Part shown: positions 26,995 through 36,344 of the stretch, in pieces
Layout of the letters: every line of letters begins with the position of its first letter
How positions within the stretch are numbered: position 1 is the stretch's first letter
IMG/VR virus record: IMGVR_UViG_3300020420_000003
Span: 1 to 56,086 of that record
From: a virus
Lineage: Duplodnaviria; Caudoviricetes
DNA length: 56,086 nucleotides
Reading direction: 5' to 3' (one strand)
Program-made: the position numbers and the translations under genes
Notes under the pieces: generated by a model
What the model saw: only the letters and a program-made list of their open reading frames with translations
What the model was told of the DNA's origin: nothing
The model's database searches: none

Positions 26995-27732
26995 TTAAAA
27001 TTTTATAAGTGCTCTGAGTTTTGTTGATTGATATAGCTTATCGCTACTGCCAACCGTGTTCCCTACAACATTAAAATTGCTGTTAACTACGGCTAGACTA
27101 CTATCATCTACGGCAAAATTGTCGTTGTGATTATGCGCTGCTCCGTTACCAACAGAACTGGTGTCACCTAAAGTAGCAGCCGTGCTGGTTCCAAGTATTG
27201 AGTATTTAAAATCCGTTGGACTTTGTCCGACTCCGCTTCCTTTTGCGGCTTGCTGGTTTGCGGTAAGGTATGTTTGTGTACCTGATTGAGAAGTTGCTAC
27301 TACATCGGCAAACATCTTGTGTTCATGCGAGGGAAGCTCGTTAGTTGCTAGGGGGTGGCCTTGCACTGAACCACTAAAATTAACGCCTCCTGATAGGCTA
27401 ATGTTTCCTGACTTACCAACGAAGTTGCTGAGATCTAAAGTCGAGTTACCCGCTGTGCCACCAACAGTATTAGTAGCTGACCCGTCTGATCCTGTTCCAT
27501 CAAACAACAACTGACGACCATCTAAACTAGGCACATTAAATGTGCTAGATCCATTACCTACCCCATAAGATGTTCCTATAAGAGCAAACAAATCTGCATA
27601 AGTTGTGCGGCTCACAGCTTGTCCGCCGCAAACCAAAAAACCATTTGGTATTGAGTTGTGGGACCACGGAATTATCAGACCTGTGGGAACAGACGGGGCA
27701 TAGGCTGCTTTGTATGAGTTATAACTAGCCAT
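26995..27732 (-). CDS. Tail fibre protein with tail-collar domain
   Basis: PTGLIIPW...PNGFLVCGGQAVSRTTYADLFALIGTSYG..GSSTFNVP. Confidence 0.9.
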   Translation of the reverse strand: MASYNSYKAAYAPSVPTGLIIPWSHNSIPNGFLVCGGQAVSRTTYADLFALIGTSYGVGNGSSTFNVPSLDGRQLLFDGTGSDGSATNTVGGTAGNSTLDLSNFVGKSGNISLSGGVNFSGSVQGHPLATNELPSHEHKMFADVVATSQSGTQTYLTANQQAAKGSGVGQSPTDFKYSILGTSTAATLGDTSSVGNGAAHNHNDNFAVDDSSLAVVNSNFNVVGNTVGSSDKLYQSTKLRALIKF

Positions 27733-28027
27733 TGTGCTCGTCCTCCCACTCAATCATTTCTTTTAGAATAGCGACAAATTTTTCGTAACTAGGATTTTCG
27801 TCAGCGTTACCTGTAAAGTTTGTGCCATCTAAATTTATTTCGTCACCAACTTCGGTGGTGTCGTCATAGGATATTGTGTGCAAGTTTTTGCTGAATGTTT
27901 CAAAACAAGTGTCATAACGAGACATAAGATTTTTATCCATGTACGAGGGGAAAAGCTCTTCCGTCATCCAATAGGACTTTTCGTCGTTACCTAATAACCT
28001 GCTCTGTGAGTTAACGTAACACTTCAT
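27725..28027 (-). CDS. Putative tail fibre chaperone/hypothetical
   Basis: Small acidic ORF between two collar-domain fibres. Confidence 0.5.
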   Translation of the reverse strand: MKCYVNSQSRLLGNDEKSYWMTEELFPSYMDKNLMSRYDTCFETFSKNLHTISYDDTTEVGDEINLDGTNFTGNADENPSYEKFVAILKEMIEWEDEHNG

Positions 28028-28848
28028 AGCTGTTGGGCTTTTATAAGATAACGACACACACCATAAGGGCTAAGTGTGCTTGTAGCACTGGTTGTCGCGT
28101 TTAAGTTTGTCTGATTAAACGACACGTTTCCTGTGACATTTGTATTGTGCTTGTGGGACCCATTGCCGCTACCGCCAGAAGCTACAGAACCAGTTACCTG
28201 AAGAAAACCGATATTCTGCGAGGGATTGTTCGTGTTCTGAGAAGTAGAGTTTAAATTTTGAGAAGTCGAAGCACTTTCAATGCCGTCAGCAAAAGCCCTG
28301 ACAGAATTGTTAGGTCCGTCATTAGATATCTGATTGCTTAACCCACCGATACCAAAAGCTTTACCGCGTTGAGGACCAGACGAAATATCAGTCCCTGTGT
28401 AAATACCGCCGGAAACCGCGTTTTGTGACCAGTTATGGTTGTGAGCTCCCACATCAACGTTTGCGTTAGCCATAGTTATAGATAGATTTGAGCCAGCAAG
28501 AGAGACGTTAGCTGATGGAAAACTTACACTTGAACTAACATTAGTAGCTCCTGAAGACTCTCCGAAGTTAAATGTTTTAGTTGTTGTGCCGTCGTTGGAT
28601 GTGCCTTCTCCAAATACGGTTCGTCCAATCAGATTGGGCAGTTTAAAGTTGTGACTCTCTGTAGAACCATACGTTACTCCTATAACAGCGAATAGTTCAG
28701 GATAGGCTGAACGCAACTTGGTTGAGCCGTCACAAAGTAAAAAGCCATCTAAGACACTTGATTTTGTCCAAGGTATAATTGTTCCGACATCATAAAACCC
28801 ACCACTTGCTTGTGCCGCAGCAGATTTGTGAGAGAAGTAGTTTGCCAT
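28024..28848 (-). CDS. Tail fibre protein with tail-collar domain
   Basis: VGTIIPW...GFLLCDGS...YPELFAVIGVTYG...FKLPNL. Confidence 0.9.
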   Translation of the reverse strand: MANYFSHKSAAAQASGGFYDVGTIIPWTKSSVLDGFLLCDGSTKLRSAYPELFAVIGVTYGSTESHNFKLPNLIGRTVFGEGTSNDGTTTKTFNFGESSGATNVSSSVSFPSANVSLAGSNLSITMANANVDVGAHNHNWSQNAVSGGIYTGTDISSGPQRGKAFGIGGLSNQISNDGPNNSVRAFADGIESASTSQNLNSTSQNTNNPSQNIGFLQVTGSVASGGSGNGSHKHNTNVTGNVSFNQTNLNATTSATSTLSPYGVCRYLIKAQQL

Positions 28849-28851
28849 CTA

Positions 28852-29580
28852 CTACACCTCCAATAAACGCCAGCCAAAGGTTGTATCTACATATATCAAA
28901 CCAAACGCTGCATTAGGAGTGTTCACAACCAAGTCTTCGCTGGCTCCCATTATCTTGTGACCGTTCCGAGCAACCGTCACAGCGTTTGTATTTGCAGAAC
29001 CCAGATCGACAATACGAAGAGCAGCACCCAATGCAGCAGTTGTCGGCAGAGTCATTGTTATTGCGCTCCCAGCAGTATTAACAAAATACCCTCTGCCAGC
29101 AACCATGGTTGTGGCAGAAGTAATGATTGGTTGCCACTCGAAGCCAGAGACAGATGAAATAATCATGTCTACGACGTTGGCGTTGGTTCCGCCTCCGTCA
29201 CAGTAAATAAATCTAAACTGCCCTGCCGGGACAGTGACTTTTGTTCCAGATCCACTTGTACTGCCTTGGTTAATTACTACTTCGTGGTCACAAGCATTTT
29301 GAATAACGTAAGGTTTTATAGTGGAGTCTGTTCCAATCGTGACCGTGACAGAACTAGACGCGGACAGCGAAGAAGTAAATTTAAGGATGAAGTGACCCGC
29401 ACCAGAAGTTGATCCATCTGATACGGATAATGTTACGTCTCCGGTAAGAACTTGACTAAATACCCCGGCTATAGAGTCGTCTAAAATATCAAAGTTTGTA
29501 TTGGTGGTATTACCCCAAACACCGGATTGTTCTCCTGTATCGATTTTTTCGATACCTAAATTGCTGTATGAAGAAGGCAT
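28852..29580 (-). CDS. Tail fibre/proximal fibre protein
   Basis: TGEQSGVWGNTTNTNF N-terminus; GYFVNT...TLP...GW C-terminal domain. Confidence 0.75.
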   Translation of the reverse strand: MPSSYSNLGIEKIDTGEQSGVWGNTTNTNFDILDDSIAGVFSQVLTGDVTLSVSDGSTSGAGHFILKFTSSLSASSSVTVTIGTDSTIKPYVIQNACDHEVVINQGSTSGSGTKVTVPAGQFRFIYCDGGGTNANVVDMIISSVSGFEWQPIITSATTMVAGRGYFVNTAGSAITMTLPTTAALGAALRIVDLGSANTNAVTVARNGHKIMGASEDLVVNTPNAAFGLIYVDTTFGWRLLEV

Positions 29581-30137
29581 TAGATTACGTCCGTCCAAGT
29601 GTTAGAGGAACCACTCACATCAGTCCATGTGTTCGAGGTTCCCGTGTTAATATCCGTATATGTTACGTCAACTCCTGTGTCTATATCCCCCCAAATAAGC
29701 ACAGTTCCAACAGCACTTGTTGCTGAGACTCCTGTTACCGAGATCGGTATGGTTATCAGTCCAATTGCTCCAGATGCTGAAACACCCGTTAACGTAACGC
29801 TTATAAATATGGCAGCTTGGGCTGTTCCCAGTGCTGTGGAACCTGTAACTCCTGTTAAATTAACGGTTACTCCGGTTCCTTCTGAAACAGTAACACTGTT
29901 AATTGCGGAAGACAATTGTGGAGACGTAACATTTACCGGAGCACTTGCTTGAACAGTCACCGTGCCGAGAGTGATTGCAATAGGTTCGCTAGTAACAGGA
30001 TGTTCTGATTCTCCGGCAACGGCGACATTTCTGATATCGCCAGTTGCACTAACCCCTGTCACCGAGACAGTAACATTGGGGCTAATCCCTAATCCTGAGT
30101 AAGTAGCTTCCGAATATGCACGATTACCATAAGCCAT
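29580..30137 (-). CDS. Virion structural protein (TGVSA repeats)
   Basis: Repeated V/LTGVSATxxxG units. Confidence 0.7.
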   Translation of the reverse strand: MAYGNRAYSEATYSGLGISPNVTVSVTGVSATGDIRNVAVAGESEHPVTSEPIAITLGTVTVQASAPVNVTSPQLSSAINSVTVSEGTGVTVNLTGVTGSTALGTAQAAIFISVTLTGVSASGAIGLITIPISVTGVSATSAVGTVLIWGDIDTGVDVTYTDINTGTSNTWTDVSGSSNTWTDVI

Positions 30138-30162
30138 AGCCGTTTTTACCACACATTTTCAA

Positions 30163-30735
30163 TTATGACCACGTTGGACCCGCACACCATACGACCAATG
30201 ATTTTCTTGTGCCTCGAGTAATAGGCGTGACTTGATGTAATGTGGTAGATGGAAATACTACAATTGAGCCTTTTGGTAAAAAATCCTCAAAACTAATATC
30301 TTTGTCATGTTGGAGTTTACCTGAAGGAACAGCAAATTGTAGTTCTCCTCCCTCATATTCCCATGGATGAGATAGCTGTATGGACATCGAAAGTTTTCGT
30401 TGTGTTCCTTGTTCTGAAAGTTTGTCCGTATCAGCGTGATATCCATAAAAACTGTCTTTTTCATAGACAGTATATTGAGGACACCGCACCTCACTTATTT
30501 GAATATTCCACACATTTCCCGCTTCGATATATGTACGACACAACGCCTCGAACCAAAGTTTATTTATGCTCGGGTCTACAAACGAAACGTCGGTTACGCG
30601 GACGGATGGCATCACGTCGCCGCCCTCTACCGTGGCAGCTTCTAAGTCTTTCTGTTCGCAAAGTTTAACAAGTTCATCACAAATAGTTTCTGGAAGTTCC
30701 TCCCTCCAGATCCAACAAAGCGGATCAAAGTTCAT
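30163..30735 (-). CDS. PKHD-type 2OG-Fe(II) hydroxylase
   Basis: YHAD...RKLSMSIQLS...YEGGEL...VFPS..LHQVTPITRGTRKSLV. Confidence 0.92.
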   Translation of the reverse strand: MNFDPLCWIWREELPETICDELVKLCEQKDLEAATVEGGDVMPSVRVTDVSFVDPSINKLWFEALCRTYIEAGNVWNIQISEVRCPQYTVYEKDSFYGYHADTDKLSEQGTQRKLSMSIQLSHPWEYEGGELQFAVPSGKLQHDKDISFEDFLPKGSIVVFPSTTLHQVTPITRGTRKSLVVWCAGPTWS

Positions 30736-31500
30736 TTATCTTTCCTCTGAAAACAAAATATATCTAGGCTTATACAGTACAGGGGAGGATATAGAGAGTT
30801 CTGCTCGTATGTCGTCGATGTTCTTGTCCAGTAATTTTTCCCAATGAATCAAGTCCCAGTTGTTCACGGACGCACAACGGCTAGGTGTTTCTCGAAGTAA
30901 TATTTTGCAAGCCAAAACAAAAAATTTCCACCGACCACCAAAAACACCGTCAAAAAAACGAGTCAAAAGTCCCGGGTATATAAAGCACCATTTCCAATAT
31001 GGAGAAGATCCGCCACATGACAAAGCAGCAATCACATTAGCTTCGCTGAACAAGTCTCTATCGAATCCCATAACCACATGCACCATGTCGTGAACGTCTA
31101 AGTTACGACGCAGAAACAAAGCGTATTCATCGGTGTATTTATCTGTCGGCATGTTAGAAGACAGTGTTTTAAAATAATCTTCTTTGCCCTCGTTTAAATC
31201 ATAATAAAGTCTGCCCAAGCTGTTTTTGGGTAACGATTTAAGTTTCTTAGTGTTTGCTAACAGGACAGGCAATGAGTGGTTTTTGTGCAAAGCAAAGTTA
31301 GAAAAATTTGCCGCTTTCAAACGCATAAAATTTCGAACAGGATAATCTCCGTTCAAGTGTTCTAATAAAGCAAGCGCATGTTTTACCCGTCCTGCTTCAT
31401 TCTTGCGTCGAGCAGAAATACGAAACTTAACAAACGAAACAACAGCTTTGAAAAGCTCTACTCTTGGTGTACGCGAACTATTTTTGTAAACTCTGGGCAT
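30736..31500 (-). CDS. Coq4-family protein
   Basis: LPKNSLGRLY...HDMVHVVMGFDRDLFSE = HDxxH-x11-E Coq4 metal motif; WEKLLDKNIDDIRAEL tail. Confidence 0.75.
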   Translation of the reverse strand: MPRVYKNSSRTPRVELFKAVVSFVKFRISARRKNEAGRVKHALALLEHLNGDYPVRNFMRLKAANFSNFALHKNHSLPVLLANTKKLKSLPKNSLGRLYYDLNEGKEDYFKTLSSNMPTDKYTDEYALFLRRNLDVHDMVHVVMGFDRDLFSEANVIAALSCGGSSPYWKWCFIYPGLLTRFFDGVFGGRWKFFVLACKILLRETPSRCASVNNWDLIHWEKLLDKNIDDIRAELSISSPVLYKPRYILFSEER

Positions 31501-32156
31501 GATATCACTGTGGGTTTTGTGCACTTATATCCCTTGAAACGTTCTAGAGTTTTGCTTTCATTTTGCACCACGGATCCGAACACAAAATAAGTTTTTGAAC
31601 CTACGGGTTGTAAGGTAACGGTGCTTTCGGGTTGTGCGTCTATATAGGTTGAATGCCATTTATTTGTTTCTGGAGCTGTTCTTAAAACACACATATAAGA
31701 AGAGCCTTTATGTAAAGTTATCGAGGCATCTGTGTTCAACGTATACTCAGGTCTTATAGGGGCAAAATCAGTTACAGAGCCATTTACTTTAGCAAATTGT
31801 TTGATATATCCGTTTGCGCTGATGTTCATTTCAATGGTGTTTTCAGCTTCTGGAAACTGGCTATCTATGTAATGAGAGAAGTTTCTAGCATGTTCTAGCG
31901 ATATATTGTCTTCTTCTGTCCATGACCAATTCATCTCAATACTGCCTGATGTCAGTATGTGAGCTCCGTAAGATGTCATCATATGTGGGTTAGTTGGATG
32001 AGGAGTTCCCGCGTTGTGCGGCAGTAAGGGCAGTTCGTCTTTTTTACGCAGCCAATACATTTCTTTTGGTGCAGACGTTATGCCCGATATTAAAAACTCG
32101 TGTTCAATATTCTGGGATGTATCAAACTCAAAATTGTTTTCTCCCTTCCAAGGCAT
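31458..32156 (-). CDS. Hypothetical protein (beta-rich)
   Basis: Coupled to neighbours; no clear motif. Confidence 0.7.
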   Translation of the reverse strand: MPWKGENNFEFDTSQNIEHEFLISGITSAPKEMYWLRKKDELPLLPHNAGTPHPTNPHMMTSYGAHILTSGSIEMNWSWTEEDNISLEHARNFSHYIDSQFPEAENTIEMNISANGYIKQFAKVNGSVTDFAPIRPEYTLNTDASITLHKGSSYMCVLRTAPETNKWHSTYIDAQPESTVTLQPVGSKTYFVFGSVVQNESKTLERFKGYKCTKPTVISCPEFTKIVRVHQE

Positions 32157-32440
32157 TACAGCCCCTCTGCTTCTTCAGGGTTTTCTGCTATATCCACGAG
32201 CTCTTCGTTTGCTGTGAAAGTGCCGCCGATTAGATCCGCACCATTAGACGGCGGAACAGCGTCCACTTCAGCTTTTTTGTTAAGTATATAATTAGATATG
32301 CTTGCTTTTGATAGCTCTAAATTAACCGAATTATCTGTATTGATGACAGCCGGAGCCTGAACCACATATTCTTTTTCTTTGTATGTAAAGACAGCAGTGT
32401 ACACAGGGTTGTCAAAATCCAAAACTCTGTATGTAGTCAT
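32156..32440 (-). CDS. Small acidic hypothetical protein
   Basis: GGAG RBS; overlaps upstream stop. Confidence 0.65.
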   Translation of the reverse strand: MTTYRVLDFDNPVYTAVFTYKEKEYVVQAPAVINTDNSVNLELSKASISNYILNKKAEVDAVPPSNGADLIGGTFTANEELVDIAENPEEAEGL

Positions 32441-33138
32441 TTCTTCTCCCACTGTGTATCTCGATAGTGACTAGGATTCGCTTGGTGGTTCTTAGTGTTT
32501 CGATTTCGTTCAACAATCTCTTTTGGCTTGTATGCCCGAATCTCAGCTTTTTTGCTGAAACCGCGTTTAAAAGGTATCGCTTGTACGATTGGTGTTCCTT
32601 GAGGAATTATATAGGAGCCGTCTTCTTTTGTCACGAAAGATGGAAAATTGACACAAGCTATATGCCTGTCTGTTTCCACAATACCGGACATGGGTGTGAA
32701 GAACTCTTGCTCTCTGTTCAAAAGCGGCGTGAACAAAGTTGACCAACCCGGTGGCGTTTTCATGTGCCAGTAATTTATAAATTTAAGAGGAGGTTTTGGT
32801 AAACTAGGATGTCCTTTAATTTGTTCAGAACTGTGAGGTTCAACAACAGAATACTCCGCAGAAGTGGTCCATGAAACTCCGCTACCATTGTCCTCTACAA
32901 CAATTTTTATTTCGGCAGCAGTTCTAAGAATCCAACCCGTAACCATTGCATCTAATACAGGGGGACATCTTTTTATGGTTCTTTCGAGCCAAGGGACACC
33001 GTTTTTTGTATCCCTGTAATAAGATTCAAGTCTTTTGTACCAATCCGGTATATGTGTTCTTGAAGGAACTGGTTCTGGAATAATTCCATAAAGTTCCGGG
33101 TCTGTCCGAAACAGAACTTCCGGTTTTTTGAAAAACAC
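32437..33138 (-). CDS. DUF6065-like (dUTPase-fold-like) protein
   Basis: IPDWYK...TIKRCPPVLDA...KTPPGWSTLF...GIVETD...GTPIVQAIPFKR. Confidence 0.7.
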   Translation of the reverse strand: MFFKKPEVLFRTDPELYGIIPEPVPSRTHIPDWYKRLESYYRDTKNGVPWLERTIKRCPPVLDAMVTGWILRTAAEIKIVVEDNGSGVSWTTSAEYSVVEPHSSEQIKGHPSLPKPPLKFINYWHMKTPPGWSTLFTPLLNREQEFFTPMSGIVETDRHIACVNFPSFVTKEDGSYIIPQGTPIVQAIPFKRGFSKKAEIRAYKPKEIVERNRNTKNHQANPSHYRDTQWEKK

Positions 33139-33141
33139 TTT

Positions 33142-34590
33142 TTATTGCCTCCCCCATGTGACAACTGCTTGCCCGTTCGAAGGAACGGTTACAGTTATCG
33201 CCTCCTGCGGTGTTGTTAACCTTAAATTTGTGTTTGTGGTAGACCCAGAATTACCCGGTGATCCTGCTCCTCCAGAATTACCCGGATTACCTGACCCACC
33301 ACTGTTTGCGTTTCCGGCATTACCTGCATTGCCATTAGCTCCTGCGTTACCTGCATTTCCGCCAGTTGCTCCTGAACCATTGTTGCCGTGATTTCCAAAG
33401 TTTCCAAGACTTCCAGAATTACCGCTGGAGCCACTACCACCAGCGTTGCCGCGCCCACCACGGCCACCACTACCACCAACAGCGTTGGACGCATTAGGAT
33501 TGCCACCAGTACCACCATTACCTTTTTGAAAATTGAGATTACCGTCAGGACTACCTATGTTTCCATTCGCGCCATTAGCATTTTGACCACCTACGTTCCC
33601 ACCAGCGTTACCGCCGCCGCCCAAATTACCGCGAGCACCCCCGGAACCACCATTACCATTGCTACCCGGATTACCTGCATTGCCCGGATTACCCGCATTA
33701 CCAGCATTGCCACCGTTTCCTCTTGCGCCGTTATTTCCAGCGTTTCCGGGATTACCGTCATTTGCTGTACCCGCAGATCCACCAGTACCACCAGTGCCCG
33801 CAGATCCACCAGCCCCACCAGTGCCTCCGGCTCCGCTTACTAGATTACCAAATGTAGTGGCTGCGCCGTCATTACCGGGAGTGCCCGCATTACCATCAGA
33901 ACCCGCAGATCCTGAGTTGCCATTAGTCCCGGAGCCTCCTGCTCCCCCATTATTTGCACCAGTTCCATTATTACCCGGATTACCAGCGGCTCCAGCACCA
34001 CCCGGATTACCTGATCCCCCGCTACCAGCACCACTACCACCTGCCCCAGTGTTTCCGGCATTACCGTTAATTCCAGCACTGCCAGAGTTTGCGGAATTAG
34101 AGAGTACTATCGTGTTCCCTGCAACCCCGCCGTTTCCTCCTGCACCTCCGGGTCCGGGGGATGCGTTACCCGGATTACCCGGATTACCCGGCAAGTTTGA
34201 TTTTAGGTCAGAACTTATTGTAGTTCCATGCCCACCGCCGCCACCGCCGCCACCGCGTCCGACGTTTCCAGAGTTGCCAGAAGCTCCAGCATTTCCAGCA
34301 GCACCACGATTACCACGGTTCCCTCTCGCACCATTATTGCCTGAGTTTCCGGGATTACCGCTGTTACCAGCAGTACCAGCATTACCAGCAGCACCAGCAC
34401 TGCCGGGATTACCATCGTTTCCACTGGTCCCATCATTGCCCGCCCCACCAGATAAACCCGGTGATCCAGTGCACTGAACATTTACAATGTGAATACCCGG
34501 AGGCAAATCAAATGTGCCAGACGAGTTAAATGTCTCCGAAGATCCCGGATATAGTGGATCGTATCGTGTGACAGTCCCGACAGAAGGCAT
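33142..34590 (-). CDS. Gly-X-Y repeat (collagen/polyglycine-II-like) fibre or adhesin
   Basis: Long GNA/GNP/GNS/GSA triplet runs; ETFNSSGTF.LPPG N-terminus. Confidence 0.85.
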   Translation of the reverse strand: MPSVGTVTRYDPLYPGSSETFNSSGTFDLPPGIHIVNVQCTGSPGLSGGAGNDGTSGNDGNPGSAGAAGNAGTAGNSGNPGNSGNNGARGNRGNRGAAGNAGASGNSGNVGRGGGGGGGGHGTTISSDLKSNLPGNPGNPGNASPGPGGAGGNGGVAGNTIVLSNSANSGSAGINGNAGNTGAGGSGAGSGGSGNPGGAGAAGNPGNNGTGANNGGAGGSGTNGNSGSAGSDGNAGTPGNDGAATTFGNLVSGAGGTGGAGGSAGTGGTGGSAGTANDGNPGNAGNNGARGNGGNAGNAGNPGNAGNPGSNGNGGSGGARGNLGGGGNAGGNVGGQNANGANGNIGSPDGNLNFQKGNGGTGGNPNASNAVGGSGGRGGRGNAGGSGSSGNSGSLGNFGNHGNNGSGATGGNAGNAGANGNAGNAGNANSGGSGNPGNSGGAGSPGNSGSTTNTNLRLTTPQEAITVTVPSNGQAVVTWGRQ

Positions 34591-34907
34591 TAGCTTACCT
34601 TTTCAGCAAGCTCTATGAAGTTACTTGGTAATCCGCTGGGAGAAGTTGCAAACATGGTTTTTGAATATCTTTCAGGAGTGCCGTCATCCTCGCCTTCCCA
34701 CAAAAGCTTTTCGAAAGTTAAAACAGGGGCATTTCTAAAATCAGGCTCATTCTCAAACCACGTTGAAATAGCAGCTAAGTCATCCGAAGGATCCGTATAG
34801 TCCAGCGTTACAAAAGAAATGTTATTAGTTGCTAGGTGTAGTTTCATGGCGTTGGTATCGGCACAACCAACTTTCCCATGCAAATAAATTGTATCATACC
34901 TAACCAT
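34590..34907 (-). CDS. Glutaredoxin-like protein (CxxT)
   Basis: LHGKVGCADT..MK..L...NISF...APVL resembles Grx fold with cis-Pro motif. Confidence 0.5.
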   Translation of the reverse strand: MVRYDTIYLHGKVGCADTNAMKLHLATNNISFVTLDYTDPSDDLAAISTWFENEPDFRNAPVLTFEKLLWEGEDDGTPERYSKTMFATSPSGLPSNFIELAEKVS

Positions 34908-34908
34908 C

Positions 34909-35604
34909 TTAAACCTCGTAGAACGATAAACTTATATAAATATTCGTATCGCCTTTCACCAAAAGAGCTGTGTAAATTGTGTGCTTGTTTGCTGCGGTAT
35001 TGACCGCTGGCTGAGAAGCTGAGTTGTTGTAAACTTCAGTAAAGCCACTCGGTGCGTCTAAAGCGAAAGTATGACTTCCTGATGAATCCTGTTCAACAAT
35101 AACTGTTACAGCACGAACAGTTCCAGAAGCCATATCAGTGGTGTTAGGAAGTACAAGTGTCGTGTTGCCTGTAAGTTTTAACTTAATGGTATTTACTGTG
35201 TTAGCGACTGTGATCGAACCAGAAGCAGAAGTGTTTTCAGTAAACGCTTCGTCAAAATCCTCTAGTACAAAACCGTTTAATTTACCGTCAGTGTCAGTGA
35301 CTACATTTCGTTCAGCAGCATTGGAGCAGAAAACAGTTTTTGTTCCCGCCCCAAAGTTTACGGCGTTGCCGGAGTTCGAACTTTCTAAAATTGTGGCACG
35401 GGTAAGTGTTGTTCCAGACGCTGTGTATACACCAATGCCGACTTCAAAATTTATGTCATCTGTAATGCAGTAATATGTAGTGCTTCCATCACCTACAACA
35501 GAAAATGCCTGAAACCCTGTTTCGGCTCCTGCGAGTGTTATTGTGCCTGTACCAGTTGTAGTGGTGGTTTCTTTTACACGATCTTTTAAAACAGGGATCG
35601 CCAC
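34909..35604 (-). CDS. Tail fibre/virion structural protein
   Basis: [13 protein letters not shown]...EVGIG.Y...TLTR N-terminal module. Confidence 0.75.
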   Translation of the reverse strand: MAIPVLKDRVKETTTTTGTGTITLAGAETGFQAFSVVGDGSTTYYCITDDINFEVGIGVYTASGTTLTRATILESSNSGNAVNFGAGTKTVFCSNAAERNVVTDTDGKLNGFVLEDFDEAFTENTSASGSITVANTVNTIKLKLTGNTTLVLPNTTDMASGTVRAVTVIVEQDSSGSHTFALDAPSGFTEVYNNSASQPAVNTAANKHTIYTALLVKGDTNIYISLSFYEV

Positions 35605-35613
35605 ATTGACCCC

Positions 35614-36051
35614 CTATGCGATTCGAATAATCGCGTTACTAGCATCCGCTGTCGGAAAAACGATTGTAAAATCACCATTGGTAGATGTCTTGTCACCACC
35701 AAAAGATAAAACTGCAACGGATGGATCACCTGATACAGTGTCGTTAAAAATTAACGCACCGCTTGCTGTAATCGTTGAAGACGAAAACGTCAAATCATTG
35801 AAATCACCAATAGCGGTTGTGCCTGATGCAACTGGAGTTACAGAAGTAAGAGCCGCGCCTTTTGCAGTATAGCCTGTACCAGAAATTTCACCGTCTGTCT
35901 GATAGCCAGTGGTAGCAGCACCCAAAGCTGGGCTTGGGGAACCTGCGTACAACGCTAGATTAAACGTGTTGCCACTACTTGCGGTAAAATTATGCACACC
36001 CTTGAGGATTTCAACCTTGAACGACGTACACATTGCTTGTGTAATACTCAT
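35614..36051 (-). CDS. Virion structural (tail) protein
   Basis: AMCTSFK.E.L...GYTA.G...FGGDKTST.G.FTI.FP motif. Confidence 0.75.
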   Translation of the reverse strand: MSITQAMCTSFKVEILKGVHNFTASSGNTFNLALYAGSPSPALGAATTGYQTDGEISGTGYTAKGAALTSVTPVASGTTAIGDFNDLTFSSSTITASGALIFNDTVSGDPSVAVLSFGGDKTSTNGDFTIVFPTADASNAIIRIA

Positions 36052-36344
36052 TATAGTCTCCTGATAAACTCCGCTACTTCAGGATATCCTGCGTCACGGA
36101 TAATATTATATACCGTTGTTCTGTCGCTGTTAACCACTTCTTTCATATAGAAAATTAACAACGGACGTATTGCTTCTTTAAAAGCCACTGCTTGATCTCG
36201 TATTTCAGGGGGTGCGTTGTCTGAAACAGCAATAATTCTTTGTAAGCACCTGTCTGCTACTTCTTCCACTGTCCAACCACGGTTTTGTGTTGTTCCAACA
36301 CTTACAATCGGTTCTTTCGGTAAATTTAATCCTACTTCAAACAT
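36051..36344 (-). CDS. Conserved hypothetical protein
   Basis: Coupled in late operon; APPEIRDQA.AF motif. Confidence 0.7.
   Translation of the reverse strand: MFEVGLNLPKEPIVSVGTTQNRGWTVEEVADRCLQRIIAVSDNAPPEIRDQAVAFKEAIRPLLIFYMKEVVNSDRTTVYNIIRDAGYPEVAEFIRRL

Noticed and set aside
26995-28848. Diversity-generating retroelement or invertible fibre switch at the paired collar-domain genes
   Set aside because: No reverse transcriptase, invertase, or near-identical template/variable repeats seen; they look like old paralogues
33659-34477. 272-aa Pro-rich plus-strand ORF
   Set aside because: Antisense by-product of the Gly-X-Y gene
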